IMG/VR virus record: IMGVR_UViG_3300032401_000010
Source: a virus
Strand: one strand, 5' to 3'
Length of the DNA stretch: 64,000 nt
A program made the position numbers and the translations under genes. Under the pieces are notes generated by a model, which did no database searches, was not told the DNA's origin, and was given only the letters and a program-made list of their open reading frames with translations. Shown here piece by piece: positions 19,548 through 28,835 of this stretch (position 1 is the stretch's first letter; each line of letters opens with the position of its first letter).

Positions 19548-19600
19548 AAAAAGCAGATGGCCGATAAAGCTAAGCTTTATCGGCCATCAACCAGTTGCAA
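19548..19600 (-). terminator. rho-independent terminator after 19633..19986
   Basis: Minus-strand hairpin GAUGGCCGAUAAAGC-UUAGC-UUUAUCGGCCAUC followed by UGCUUUUUUUCU. Confidence 0.55.
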
Positions 19601-19632
19601 TCACTCTATAATTCGGAAGGGTATTCCGTATG

Positions 19633-19986
19633 TTATTTTCGATTCAACATTTTATCAACAGCAATTGAGTCATCCACAGAGTAATTCGCCCCATCTGGAT
19701 GAAACTCAGTACGACACACACTTGCGTCGCCATACTGCATTAATGTCTTACGAATTCTGAATGCATTAAGTTCTGTATTAGCGAATGCTAGAATTCCACC
19801 ATTCCAGCCTGTTTTTGGAATTTTTACGAGACCAGCAATGACAAACGGAGGATTTTCGTTTTCAAGTACTCCAAATTTTGTTATCAAATCATCTATTTCT
19901 GGCATACCAGTATCGATGGTAACAGAATTATCCCTACTTTTTTTCATAGCTATACCTCCATACAAAGTTATTAGTTCGGTTATCAT
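19633..19986 (-). CDS. hypothetical protein
   Basis: 117-aa ORF joined to the upstream gene by an ATGA overlap, with a hairpin-plus-T-run terminator after it (about 19548-19600). Confidence 0.45.
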   Translation of the reverse strand: MITELITLYGGIAMKKSRDNSVTIDTGMPEIDDLITKFGVLENENPPFVIAGLVKIPKTGWNGGILAFANTELNAFRIRKTLMQYGDASVCRTEFHPDGANYSVDDSIAVDKMLNRK

Positions 19987-21533
19987 TTGATCATAATACG
20001 TGCAGCATTTGTGTAAGGCAGAGGTTTCTTTGAAAATAACAAATCTGATGCCGAATCCTGAATATCATCTTCATCCCACGGAGAAGACTGAGTTTCAGAA
20101 TGTGCAACGCGAGTTAAAGCATTCACCACTCCAACTCTAGTTGGAACCGGTTCCTTCTCCCAAGCTTGCATCAATCGTTCAATACGATCTGATTTACGAC
20201 CACGAAGAGGCACAAGTTCTCTTTGAGTAATGCCAGCAAAAACATTCAACATACTATTATAAACATCACTGATATCAAGCGGCTCATCTTCTGGCTCAAT
20301 CGGAACCGCAGTAGTAATGACATTATCCTTCACACCGTAATTCCATGCGTCCGTAAATGGAGCAATTCTACTGAAAGATTCAGCAATATACCCTTTTACA
20401 GCAGCACGAATAATAACTTCAGCTCCCATATGCTTGCGGCGGCCAATATCAGTGCTAACCATCATATTGGTGAAGTTCAAACAAAGTGCTCGCCATGCTA
20501 CAGCCCTACTTACTAAAGAGCCTCCGCCTGTATCATCTGTATACAAACCGGAACCTACCTTGAAAACTTCTCCTACAACTCCGTCCTTAGATGAAATTTC
20601 AGTATGAAACAATGCCTGAATTCTAGCCTTTGCTTGAGCTTGATCATAAATGATTTCTACCCTGGCGTCCTTTGGAGCTTCTTCTGTAAAAAGTTCTGCC
20701 GCCTTATGAGCGTCATAACAAGCATAATGTTTACTAACAACGGCAAAGATTTCATGTCCGGCTCGACCATTACGTAGCCGAAGCTTACACATCTTGTCTG
20801 GCTTTTGTTGCTGTAACCAGTGATTAATATTTTTGGCGCGCAATTCTGGCGGGCATAACGAAAGATATCGAGCACAAGTCATATCAACAGGTGTCTGATC
20901 CATCAAGGCTTGCAAAGTCTGAATATTGCATAAATAAAATTCTCCAAGACCTGGAACCTTGACTTTCAAATCATCTGAAGCAGAAAGCTCCTTTACAGGA
21001 ATTACCACTTCAAACCTATCTTCAGATTTGATTTTCTTGACAAGTTCGGTCACTCCGTCAACAAGCAGAGGGAGCTTATCAAACTGCTGGCGCTCACGCC
21101 GAAATGCATCAACTCCACTTTGGGCTAGAGGAGTTCCTACGGCAAAGAAAGTATCAGGTTTTGGAAAGCCGCACTGATCAAGCTTGTCATCATCCTTCAG
21201 CGCGCGAGCAACGTTTTCCTTTTTGATCTTATCTTTATTTTCTGCAATAGTGATTATCTGCTCATTAACTTTATCCTCTAAAAGTTTTTGCTCCACAACT
21301 TTGTCATTCAAAAGTTTTTGCCCCATATCCACCATAGTATTGATATACTCTTGCTTAGACACTGGGGCAACAAGAGGTTCTACTACAGGCTTCTTGCCCT
21401 GTTGGTAAAACTGTCCCGCTAGCTTAATAACATTATCCTCCCCTGAGCCATAAACAATTTCGGCACCACACAAGATGCGGTGAGTAGCGGGCAGGCCTGA
21501 AATCTTGCAAATTTGCTGAGCTGTTTGAGTCAT
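19983..21533 (-). CDS. hypothetical large protein (516 aa)
   Basis: Long ORF without a recognisable catalytic motif; has a conserved-looking GSGLYTDDTGGGSLV segment. Confidence 0.5.
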   Translation of the reverse strand: MTQTAQQICKISGLPATHRILCGAEIVYGSGEDNVIKLAGQFYQQGKKPVVEPLVAPVSKQEYINTMVDMGQKLLNDKVVEQKLLEDKVNEQIITIAENKDKIKKENVARALKDDDKLDQCGFPKPDTFFAVGTPLAQSGVDAFRRERQQFDKLPLLVDGVTELVKKIKSEDRFEVVIPVKELSASDDLKVKVPGLGEFYLCNIQTLQALMDQTPVDMTCARYLSLCPPELRAKNINHWLQQQKPDKMCKLRLRNGRAGHEIFAVVSKHYACYDAHKAAELFTEEAPKDARVEIIYDQAQAKARIQALFHTEISSKDGVVGEVFKVGSGLYTDDTGGGSLVSRAVAWRALCLNFTNMMVSTDIGRRKHMGAEVIIRAAVKGYIAESFSRIAPFTDAWNYGVKDNVITTAVPIEPEDEPLDISDVYNSMLNVFAGITQRELVPLRGRKSDRIERLMQAWEKEPVPTRVGVVNALTRVAHSETQSSPWDEDDIQDSASDLLFSKKPLPYTNAARIMIK

Positions 21534-21556
21534 GCCGTCATGATAAGGATGGCGAA

Positions 21557-21835
21557 CTAAATGTCAAGCGGCTCGTCGTCCTCGTCCAATGAATGCCACC
21601 CGTTATACACAGATGAACCAGCCCAAATCTGATCTTCTTGTCCTTGCGACTTTAATTCGTATATTATTTCTTTTTGCATAGTTTCAAATAATTCAAATAT
21701 AGATTTCCAACGCGCTAATACATCATCGCTAACCTCAATTACAGGATAACAGCTTTCGTCATATAGCGATTCGTGAACTTCATATACCGGAAAAGCTTCT
21801 CTTCCATATATAGATACTTTCATTTGAAACTCCAA
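21557..21835 (-). CDS. hypothetical small acidic protein
   Basis: 92-aa ORF. Confidence 0.4.
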   Translation of the reverse strand: MEFQMKVSIYGREAFPVYEVHESLYDESCYPVIEVSDDVLARWKSIFELFETMQKEIIYELKSQGQEDQIWAGSSVYNGWHSLDEDDEPLDI

Positions 21836-21854
21836 AATATTGCTAGGTTCATTT

Positions 21855-22598
21855 TCAAATTTTTAGTATATGTGGTTTGCCGTCATGACCAATAGCAGCG
21901 TTACTAAAGGTTGTGCTACCTATGGAAAGCACACCATTACTAGGGTGAGCATGACCACACAGATACAATTTGAGTGGATTAGTAAGTTGATATGTTATAG
22001 TAGAGTTAATAAATGGATTGCCGATATGCTGTTCTTTTTTGGCATCATATGTATCAAGAATTCCATCTGGTGGACAATGTGCCACGAGAATATCAAGTCT
22101 ATCAAACATTTTAGCATCCTTAAGTCTTCGCAGAAATGTATTTACTTCTTTGCGAAGTTCATCAGGAGTACATTCAAAATTCCAGCAGTTTCGAATTTTC
22201 GGAACATATGGAAATCCGTACCATACGAAACCTTTATATTCAACTACTTTATTATCTAAATCAATAGCTTCTATCCCATTGTCATTCAAAATCTGACATG
22301 GATTTAGAAAATCATGATTGCCGGAACTCCAAATGAACGGCTTGCCTTTTATCCATTCTTTAATTGCTTTTATATTTGTGAGAAGCCATATCTTTTGGAA
22401 TTCTATCTCAGCTTTTCTTTTAGCGGCGGTTCGATTTGGTTCTAGCTCAATGCCGCGTTTTCCAAATGATTCACTTTTGTTATAAGCAAAAAAGTCTCCA
22501 GAACACACAACTACATCAAACTCCCCTGGGAGATCTATTAGCTGTCCATGGCAATCTGAAATGTGACATATAAGCATAATGTTATTGTAATCATTCAA
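21855..22598 (-). CDS. calcineurin-like metallophosphoesterase (second copy)
   Basis: Motifs ICHISDCHGQ, GDFF, GNHDF and GHAHP. The track starts it at a TTG codon that sits inside a 20-bp tandem repeat. Confidence 0.65.
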   Translation of the reverse strand: MNDYNNIMLICHISDCHGQLIDLPGEFDVVVCSGDFFAYNKSESFGKRGIELEPNRTAAKRKAEIEFQKIWLLTNIKAIKEWIKGKPFIWSSGNHDFLNPCQILNDNGIEAIDLDNKVVEYKGFVWYGFPYVPKIRNCWNFECTPDELRKEVNTFLRRLKDAKMFDRLDILVAHCPPDGILDTYDAKKEQHIGNPFINSTITYQLTNPLKLYLCGHAHPSNGVLSIGSTTFSNAAIGHDGKPHILKI

Positions 22599-22636
22599 TA
22601 TAAATAGTAATCATTCAATATAAATAGTAATCATTA
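22587..22636. repeat. 2.5 copies of a 20-bp tandem repeat (GTAATCATTCAATATAAATA) in the intergenic/start region
   Basis: Direct reading of gtaatcattcaatataaata twice, then gtaatcatta. Confidence 0.8.
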
Positions 22637-23059
22637 TATATTAATATGCCAGTTAAAACGAGCATGTGCCGGACCATCTTTACGAAAATTCATAGAAGTA
22701 AAGAATGCTTTACTTGTGCCATTCCACGGTGCTACAAATATTGTTTTTACACCTTTGTTTTTAGCATATCTTTTTGCTTTATTTATTAAATTTCTACCGA
22801 TACCTTTTTCACGCTTTTCTGGTTTAACATAAAATGACATAAAAGCATTAGTTTTTCCTTTTTCTATTAAACACCATCCAATATATTTATTATTTTGTTT
22901 AACAATAATCGCAATAAATCTCTTTGAAGCTTTATTTTTTTTATATTGATCTAACAAAGAACGCATTACGCTTGCGCCATAATTTGTTAAATAGTATAAT
23001 TTGTTAAACACTGTATCATCAGATAATTGATGAAGTGGTTTTGTAATATATTTAATCAT
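22634..23059 (-). CDS. GNAT-family N-acetyltransferase
   Basis: Acetyl-CoA-binding motif A-like segment REKGIGRNLINKAKRYAKNKGVKTIFV. Confidence 0.6.
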   Translation of the reverse strand: MIKYITKPLHQLSDDTVFNKLYYLTNYGASVMRSLLDQYKKNKASKRFIAIIVKQNNKYIGWCLIEKGKTNAFMSFYVKPEKREKGIGRNLINKAKRYAKNKGVKTIFVAPWNGTSKAFFTSMNFRKDGPAHARFNWHINI

Positions 23060-23349
23060 CCATTTCTTCCACGATTCTTTTGATTATTAGAACGTTTACT
23101 TGTAAAACGTTTGCTGATATCTTGCTTCGCTAACCACTTGACGTGCTTAGAAAATTTGTCATCTGTTAATAATGCATCAACAGAATCATATTCTTTTTCC
23201 AATTGTTTGTTAGAAAAAAAAGCGTGAATACTAGAATGACAAGAATTGCAAATTGGAAGCGTAACAATACCATCTCTACATTTTGGAGATAAATGATGAT
23301 TGCTAAAATATTTTTTATCACCATCTCTGCTGCATAATGGACATTGCAT
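23056..23349 (-). CDS. small HNH/zinc-finger nuclease-like protein
   Basis: CxxC...HH...P...G...CNSCHSSIH pattern typical of HNH. Confidence 0.45.
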   Translation of the reverse strand: MQCPLCSRDGDKKYFSNHHLSPKCRDGIVTLPICNSCHSSIHAFFSNKQLEKEYDSVDALLTDDKFSKHVKWLAKQDISKRFTSKRSNNQKNRGRNG

Positions 23350-23360
23350 ATTTCATACAT

Positions 23361-23549
23361 TCATTTTGTATGTTTAGGTTTTTTGTGCTTAGTAAGTAAT
23401 TTTTCTTTATTAATTTCTCGTTTTAAACGAAGTTCCTCTTCAATACAGTCTGAACATTGACAGCTGCGATCATAACTATGAGCCTTATTGGCTTTAATTA
23501 CTAGCTTTTTAAACTGTTGAGCAGCAACAAATAATTGATTATAAAACAT
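23361..23549 (-). CDS. hypothetical small Cys-containing basic protein
   Basis: 62-aa ORF. Confidence 0.3.
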   Translation of the reverse strand: MFYNQLFVAAQQFKKLVIKANKAHSYDRSCQCSDCIEEELRLKREINKEKLLTKHKKPKHTK

Positions 23550-23612
23550 TAAACCACCTATAGTTTCGAAAACTTATAGATATATACCTTAGTATTAACT
23601 GGTGTTTTGGTT

Positions 23613-24149
23613 TTAATATTTTATGTCTTTAATCGATCCATTACAATAAAACAAAACGTAATTTTTCAAAATATCAACTTCTTTTACACAAAATCCCATG
23701 CCTGACAAAAAGACGTTACCATCCACATCAGTATCAGCTTTTAATACATGAGTGAAAAAACGCAAAGCTTCTTCTGAAGAAACATAGGCAAAATAATTTT
23801 CTCCATCAATTTGAATTGAAGTTATTGATTTCTGTTTTTTCTCTTCTTTTATTTTAATCTTCTCAATACGTTTGGCATCATGCCCGCCGAATAAACCTCT
23901 TAGGTGTATTCCGCCAGTGCGCCCACGTCTTATTTCATAACCAGAAATTATATTATTAGCTATCAAATAACTAATTGCCTGACAGAAAACATACTTATCT
24001 ACTTTTGATTCAAGTTTTTCTTTTAAAAGATCATAAAATACAGATCGCGGAATTACGTTCTTGTTAACAATTTTCTCTTTAATTGATTTCTCAACTAAAT
24101 AAATGTCATTTTTTGATAAAACAAAAGACGAATCATTATCTTCTATCAT
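23613..24149 (-). CDS. hypothetical protein, paralogous motif shared with 42311..43144
   Basis: Shares the GYEIRRGRTGGIHLRG motif with the other gene's GFEIVRGKHGGVRLVD. Confidence 0.45.
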   Translation of the reverse strand: MIEDNDSSFVLSKNDIYLVEKSIKEKIVNKNVIPRSVFYDLLKEKLESKVDKYVFCQAISYLIANNIISGYEIRRGRTGGIHLRGLFGGHDAKRIEKIKIKEEKKQKSITSIQIDGENYFAYVSSEEALRFFTHVLKADTDVDGNVFLSGMGFCVKEVDILKNYVLFYCNGSIKDIKY

Positions 24150-24167
24150 ACACCCGGCCTCCTACTA

Positions 24168-24986
24168 TTATTCTTTTACAATCAAATCTCTGTTAACTCT
24201 AAATACATCATGCCCTGCATGAAGTATATTTAGAATAAAATTTCTATCAGCAACAAAATTTGGAATATTCATATCGATAATCCATTTGTTACGAGCAACC
24301 TCTCCCTCCTCCGTTCTTAGAATAACAGGAACTTTGTAAGCCGCTGTTCCTAAACGAAATGAATTTGGATAGAATGTTTCATATTCAATATCACATTTGG
24401 TTCTCAAAAGATCTATTTTTTCAGCAGATTTTTTTTCATGCAACATGCCCAAGGTTTGTTTCTTGCCATAAATTTTAGATAGTTCGGATTGTGCCGCCCC
24501 TGTTATTGCGTTTGTAGAACAATCTTGTTGTCGAAATATAAGGTTATTTGCAGCTTCAGTAATTGATGGGACAGCAAAAACTCTAGCATCAAAAATAGCG
24601 TCACCAACTATTTTTGGCGAATTTTCCATTGTGAATAAATTTTTAGCAAATGATAATGTTGTTATACTGGATACAATAGAAACTATTTTTTGTATTCTAT
24701 TTTGAAACCAAGGCTCGGATTCTAAAGACTGATCGTTTCTTATTACAAAAGTTATTTCATCACTTTGGTGATAAGCAAAAATGGCGCCTTCAATTTCCAT
24801 GGCGGCATGAAGCATTGTATTAGCCATAAGACTTAACATCTCATGACAATATGGACGTGGTAAATGTTTTGTTACCCTGCTAAAATTTTTGCCATCAACT
24901 CTTATTATTAATGGCAAACGTTTTATAATTTTATAATCATATGACTGTTCATACAATTTTTGTCTATCAGATAAAGATTCTTGCAT
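24168..24986 (-). CDS. Thg1-like protein (tRNA-His guanylyltransferase family 3'-5' nucleotidyltransferase)
   Basis: Aligns by eye to Thg1: IIRVDGKNFSRVTKHL matches VVRLDGRNFHRFAEKH; FAYHQSDEITFVI matches IAYGQSDEYSFVF; FRQQDCSTNAI matches WRQADCHINNL. Confidence 0.7.
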   Translation of the reverse strand: MQESLSDRQKLYEQSYDYKIIKRLPLIIRVDGKNFSRVTKHLPRPYCHEMLSLMANTMLHAAMEIEGAIFAYHQSDEITFVIRNDQSLESEPWFQNRIQKIVSIVSSITTLSFAKNLFTMENSPKIVGDAIFDARVFAVPSITEAANNLIFRQQDCSTNAITGAAQSELSKIYGKKQTLGMLHEKKSAEKIDLLRTKCDIEYETFYPNSFRLGTAAYKVPVILRTEEGEVARNKWIIDMNIPNFVADRNFILNILHAGHDVFRVNRDLIVKE

Positions 24987-25073
24987 TGTGGCGATCAGTT
25001 TTACTGAAAATCAAAATGTTAAGCGCTTTTGTAACACGCACACACGTACACACACGTACACACATCATCCGCC

Positions 25074-25823
25074 CTACCTATTGCTGAGCGCCAGTGCAAA
25101 TTTTAACACTTCATTTAATTCATCAATAGTTGCACATTTAACGAATTGCTTACTGCCAAATACCGGACCAGACATCGGCCTATCCTTATCATCCTTTTTG
25201 GTTCCCCAAACAAAATCGTCTGGAATCCCAAGAGATGGATAATAAGTTCCAACAAACCATGTTCCATACGCAGACATAATAGCAAGCGAATAGCCATGAA
25301 TATAAGCCGCTTGCATGCCGCCGTCTTTAAGAGCTACAGCAATACCATCAACAACATGATAGCTTTTTTCCATTCTATTGTATTCAAAAGAAGCTTTATT
25401 AATTAAAGCCAAAGGACTTTTTGCTAATTCTTTAAATGAATTAATTTGATTAATTATATCACTAGCATACATATCACCTTCTTTACAAAAAGAACATGCT
25501 GCCAACCACCAAGCTGTTTCATTAGGAATTTGTACAAAACCTGTTTGAATTTCAGCTATTTCTTTTTTAATTTGTTCAATTGCCGCTGGTGTATAAGCTC
25601 CATGAAGAATAGCACTTAACCGTTGTTTGTTTCTTGGAATTAAATCCAAACAACAAGCAATCCCAGCATCGAAACCAGGAGCTATAATTCGGTTCTCTCG
25701 CTCATCCGGAATGCGATGAACCAAACTCATTTCATCAACAAAAGACGGCCAGTTGCCAAGCTCCTTGATACGAGAAGCGTTAATTGCAACCTGGCTCTTA
25801 ATGGCCTCTATTTTGGAAGTCAT
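25074..25823 (-). CDS. hypothetical protein
   Basis: 249-aa ORF with a TTGACT-N16-TATACT promoter upstream; no assignable domain. Confidence 0.5.
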   Translation of the reverse strand: MTSKIEAIKSQVAINASRIKELGNWPSFVDEMSLVHRIPDERENRIIAPGFDAGIACCLDLIPRNKQRLSAILHGAYTPAAIEQIKKEIAEIQTGFVQIPNETAWWLAACSFCKEGDMYASDIINQINSFKELAKSPLALINKASFEYNRMEKSYHVVDGIAVALKDGGMQAAYIHGYSLAIMSAYGTWFVGTYYPSLGIPDDFVWGTKKDDKDRPMSGPVFGSKQFVKCATIDELNEVLKFALALSNR

Positions 25824-26037
25824 CGTTTGCTTATATCTAGTATAGCCATTTCCTTAGAAAAGTCAAGGAGTTAGGCGTTAAAAAGTGGTTGGCTGTGCTT
25901 CGGAAGGGGGAAATCCTACAACACTTTTGCGCTCAGGGGAATGAGGCTGGGCCTGCCAACCAAGGCCAAGTTTTTAACTGTCTTGCTGTATCAGTTGATA
26001 TACAAACAATTTATTTTTTTAGGTTCATTGAGTTATT

Positions 26038-27936
26038 TTAAATCATGCCCAGAAATTGTTGCTCAGAAATAAGGGTTGTTCCAAACTTTCTTGCCGCATC
26101 AGCTTTCGAAGAAGTGCTATTGGGATCGGCAATTACAAGATAATGCAATCCTTTGCCTACACTCTTTTTTACTGAACCACCAGCATCTTCAACCATTTTC
26201 TGAAGCGCTGGCCTTGGCTTTTCCATTGAACCAGTAAAACAAAAACTTTTCCCGGTAAGCTTGCCCTTGACTCGCGGTTTAATAGTAACGCCCGCAGCCA
26301 AGATATCTTCTATGCGCTTCTTATTCGTTTTAAGACCGTTTACGAGAGCCTTGGCCCGAATGCTGCCAAAGCCGCCGAGGCTCGCCAAACGGCCCTCAGT
26401 AAGCACTAGCATGGCATCCAGAGTATCATAGCCAGCCTCAACAACAACCTTGGTGGTTGAAGTGCCTACACCATTAATTCCTAGCCCGCCGATTAAGTTC
26501 TCAAGCGAAATTTTTCGATGCCCATTAAGAACATCAATTAGCTTTTGTGCAGAACGTTCTCCCATTCTGTCAAGCTTCTCAAGCTGTACTGCTGTCAACC
26601 TATATAGATCGCCAACATCTTTGACAAGTCCGGCATCAATAGTCTTTTGAAGAATACTCTCGCCCCACTCAAGAATATTCTGTTCGTTGATCCATGTCTT
26701 GAGCCTTCCAATTACTTGGGCTGGACAAGTTTCTTTATTTGTACAACGAAGATATTCTCCATTAAACTCAGTTGGAGAATTACACTCAGGACACTTCTTC
26801 GGCGGCTTATGAACAGAGTCGGTGCCTTTAATAAGTTCTTCAACCCTTGGAATTACATCATTGGCTCGAATGATCAATACTTCAGAACCAACATCAATAC
26901 CAAGTTCTTTAACATAAGAATAATTATAGCAACTAGCTCGCTTAACCTTTGCTCCAAGCAAGTTCACTTCATCGAACTCTGCTACTGGAGTAATAGTCCC
27001 AGTGTTACCAACTTGATCTACGAACCTAATAATCTTTGATGTTGCACTTGGAGCTTCAAACTTAAAAGCGATAGCTCCCTTTGGACGATGATTTTTATCG
27101 CCCAAAGCAAATTGGACAGACATATTATCAACGCGAATAACTACACCGTCGATATCATAATCAAGCGAGTCACGAATTGAACTTTGATATTTATTATATT
27201 GACTAATAACTTCTCGCACTTCTCTATAAACGGCAGAAACAGGAACGTTAAAACCAGTTTTGTTCAGCCATTTAAATTGTTCGCCCTCAGTGTCGAAATC
27301 TTTACCGTTAACAGTATACATCATAACGGTAAGATGCTCAACGCCAATTCCATCAAGTCTTTTTGCTATACCAGATGCTGCATTTCTAGGATTAGCATAC
27401 TCGGGAAAATATTTCTTATTGTCAGACTTCAATAGAATAATTTCACCGCGCACACTTCCTGTAAAGGATTCATTAAGCTTTTGTGGAATGCCTTTCATTC
27501 TAGCAACGTTAGCAGTAATATCCTCGCCTATGTTACCGTCACCACGAGTAACTGCCTGAACGAGCTTTCCTTTTTCCCAAATGGTATTAATTGAAATACC
27601 ATCCAGCTTTTCAGTAAAGAAAATGCCGGAATTTAAATTACGAGAACTTAGGCCTGTACCAGAAGGTGACTGCTGCTCACACTCCTTGGCCCAGGCTTTA
27701 AATTCGTCCTCTGTATTAACTTTATTAAGCGAACCCATTGGAACAGAATGAGAAGCCTTCTTCCATTCAGAAACAACAGGAGCGCCAACGGATGTTACAG
27801 CTGTGTGGTTCGGATCAAGTTTCGAAAGCTCATCAACCCAAGCATCAAAGATAGCATCCGAAACTGTTGGCCCGACATTGTAGTAGTCATGGCGAGCTTT
27901 AACAATTTTATATGCTAGCTCTTTGATTTTAGACAC
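26038..27936 (-). CDS. ligA: NAD+-dependent DNA ligase (LigA)
   Basis: Ia domain at the N-terminus (YKIVKARHDYYNVGPTVSDAIFDAWVDEL), adenylation motif KLDGISI, Cys4 Zn finger (CPECNSP...C...CPAQ), HhH region and a C-terminal BRCT-like tail. Confidence 0.85.
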   Translation of the reverse strand: MSKIKELAYKIVKARHDYYNVGPTVSDAIFDAWVDELSKLDPNHTAVTSVGAPVVSEWKKASHSVPMGSLNKVNTEDEFKAWAKECEQQSPSGTGLSSRNLNSGIFFTEKLDGISINTIWEKGKLVQAVTRGDGNIGEDITANVARMKGIPQKLNESFTGSVRGEIILLKSDNKKYFPEYANPRNAASGIAKRLDGIGVEHLTVMMYTVNGKDFDTEGEQFKWLNKTGFNVPVSAVYREVREVISQYNKYQSSIRDSLDYDIDGVVIRVDNMSVQFALGDKNHRPKGAIAFKFEAPSATSKIIRFVDQVGNTGTITPVAEFDEVNLLGAKVKRASCYNYSYVKELGIDVGSEVLIIRANDVIPRVEELIKGTDSVHKPPKKCPECNSPTEFNGEYLRCTNKETCPAQVIGRLKTWINEQNILEWGESILQKTIDAGLVKDVGDLYRLTAVQLEKLDRMGERSAQKLIDVLNGHRKISLENLIGGLGINGVGTSTTKVVVEAGYDTLDAMLVLTEGRLASLGGFGSIRAKALVNGLKTNKKRIEDILAAGVTIKPRVKGKLTGKSFCFTGSMEKPRPALQKMVEDAGGSVKKSVGKGLHYLVIADPNSTSSKADAARKFGTTLISEQQFLGMI

Positions 27937-27989
27937 TGTGTTTCCTGTTAATTTTTGGTGATATTAGTTAATTGATTTACCAACGATAC

Positions 27990-28820
27990 TCATCGGCACT
28001 CATCCTCCTCCTCATCATAATCCTTCTCATCATCATCTTCATCCTTATCATAATCACCCTCACCCTCATCCTCCTCATTATCATCTTCATAAAGCTCTTC
28101 AGTGGAGCCTTTATCGACAACCTGAATAACCTCAAAGCGGCAAACACGCATTTTGGAAGTTCCGTAAGCCTCTGGAACAGCCACAACATCCCTTGGATTC
28201 ACCTTGATCATGATGCAAACCGGACCAAAGCTCCTAGCGAACTCATAGTTTGCAGCATGAAGTCCATTGCTACACGCATTTTCGCTCTCATCAACCTTGT
28301 TACGGTCCATCTTAACAATCTCGCCAGGAGAATTGTCCATGCTGCCAGAATGACAGTCCATGAAATCCTCTCGAACTCCACGATAGGCAATGAAACAACC
28401 ATCGGGAGTGATAGGATGGCGATTTGCCTCAAGAAATCCGAAAAGCCGAGTTACGGCACGGTTCGACGGATTCTTATTCAGATTCTTCCAGAACAGCAGA
28501 AGCGGCTCATAGGGAAGATTCTGGCTAGAGTAATCAACGATGCGAGCACTAAGCGCAGACGGAATCTTTTCGCCATCGATATGAACCACACCATTGATAA
28601 CTTCCATATGTCCATCAGAAAAAGATGCAATCTGTTTCTTTGGACACACAATACTTGGAATATCATCCCAACGACTTTCGCGAATAGCGCTCAAAGCATC
28701 ATTGAAACGCTTTTCATCATTCGATTTTTGAAGGCTCTTGAACTCGCCGCCAGCAAGGCTAACGGTGAGAACGCCATCTACAAGTGTCCACGGAAGAGGA
28801 ATATTTAATGAAGTGATCAT
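27990..28820 (-). CDS. rIIB-like protein (assigned by synteny), with strongly acidic C-terminal tail
   Basis: Lies immediately downstream of the GHKL-ATPase rIIA-like gene. Length 276 aa with an Asp/Glu-rich tail. No independent motif, so the call rests on synteny only. Confidence 0.35.
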   Translation of the reverse strand: MITSLNIPLPWTLVDGVLTVSLAGGEFKSLQKSNDEKRFNDALSAIRESRWDDIPSIVCPKKQIASFSDGHMEVINGVVHIDGEKIPSALSARIVDYSSQNLPYEPLLLFWKNLNKNPSNRAVTRLFGFLEANRHPITPDGCFIAYRGVREDFMDCHSGSMDNSPGEIVKMDRNKVDESENACSNGLHAANYEFARSFGPVCIMIKVNPRDVVAVPEAYGTSKMRVCRFEVIQVVDKGSTEELYEDDNEEDEGEGDYDKDEDDDEKDYDEEEDECR

Positions 28821-28835
28821 GTTTTTTTGTTTCTC

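Noticed and set aside
25020-25075. CA-rich microsatellite-like stretch (cacacgtacacacacgtacacaca)
   Set aside because: A short imperfect repeat just downstream of the Thg1-like start; too short to call a functional element.
27972-28808. 278-aa plus-strand ORF with an extreme Ile/Leu-rich N-terminus
   Set aside because: It is the antisense of the rIIB-like gene's GAT/GAG-rich acidic tail, so the low-complexity translation is a compositional artefact, and it overlaps a better minus-strand gene entirely.
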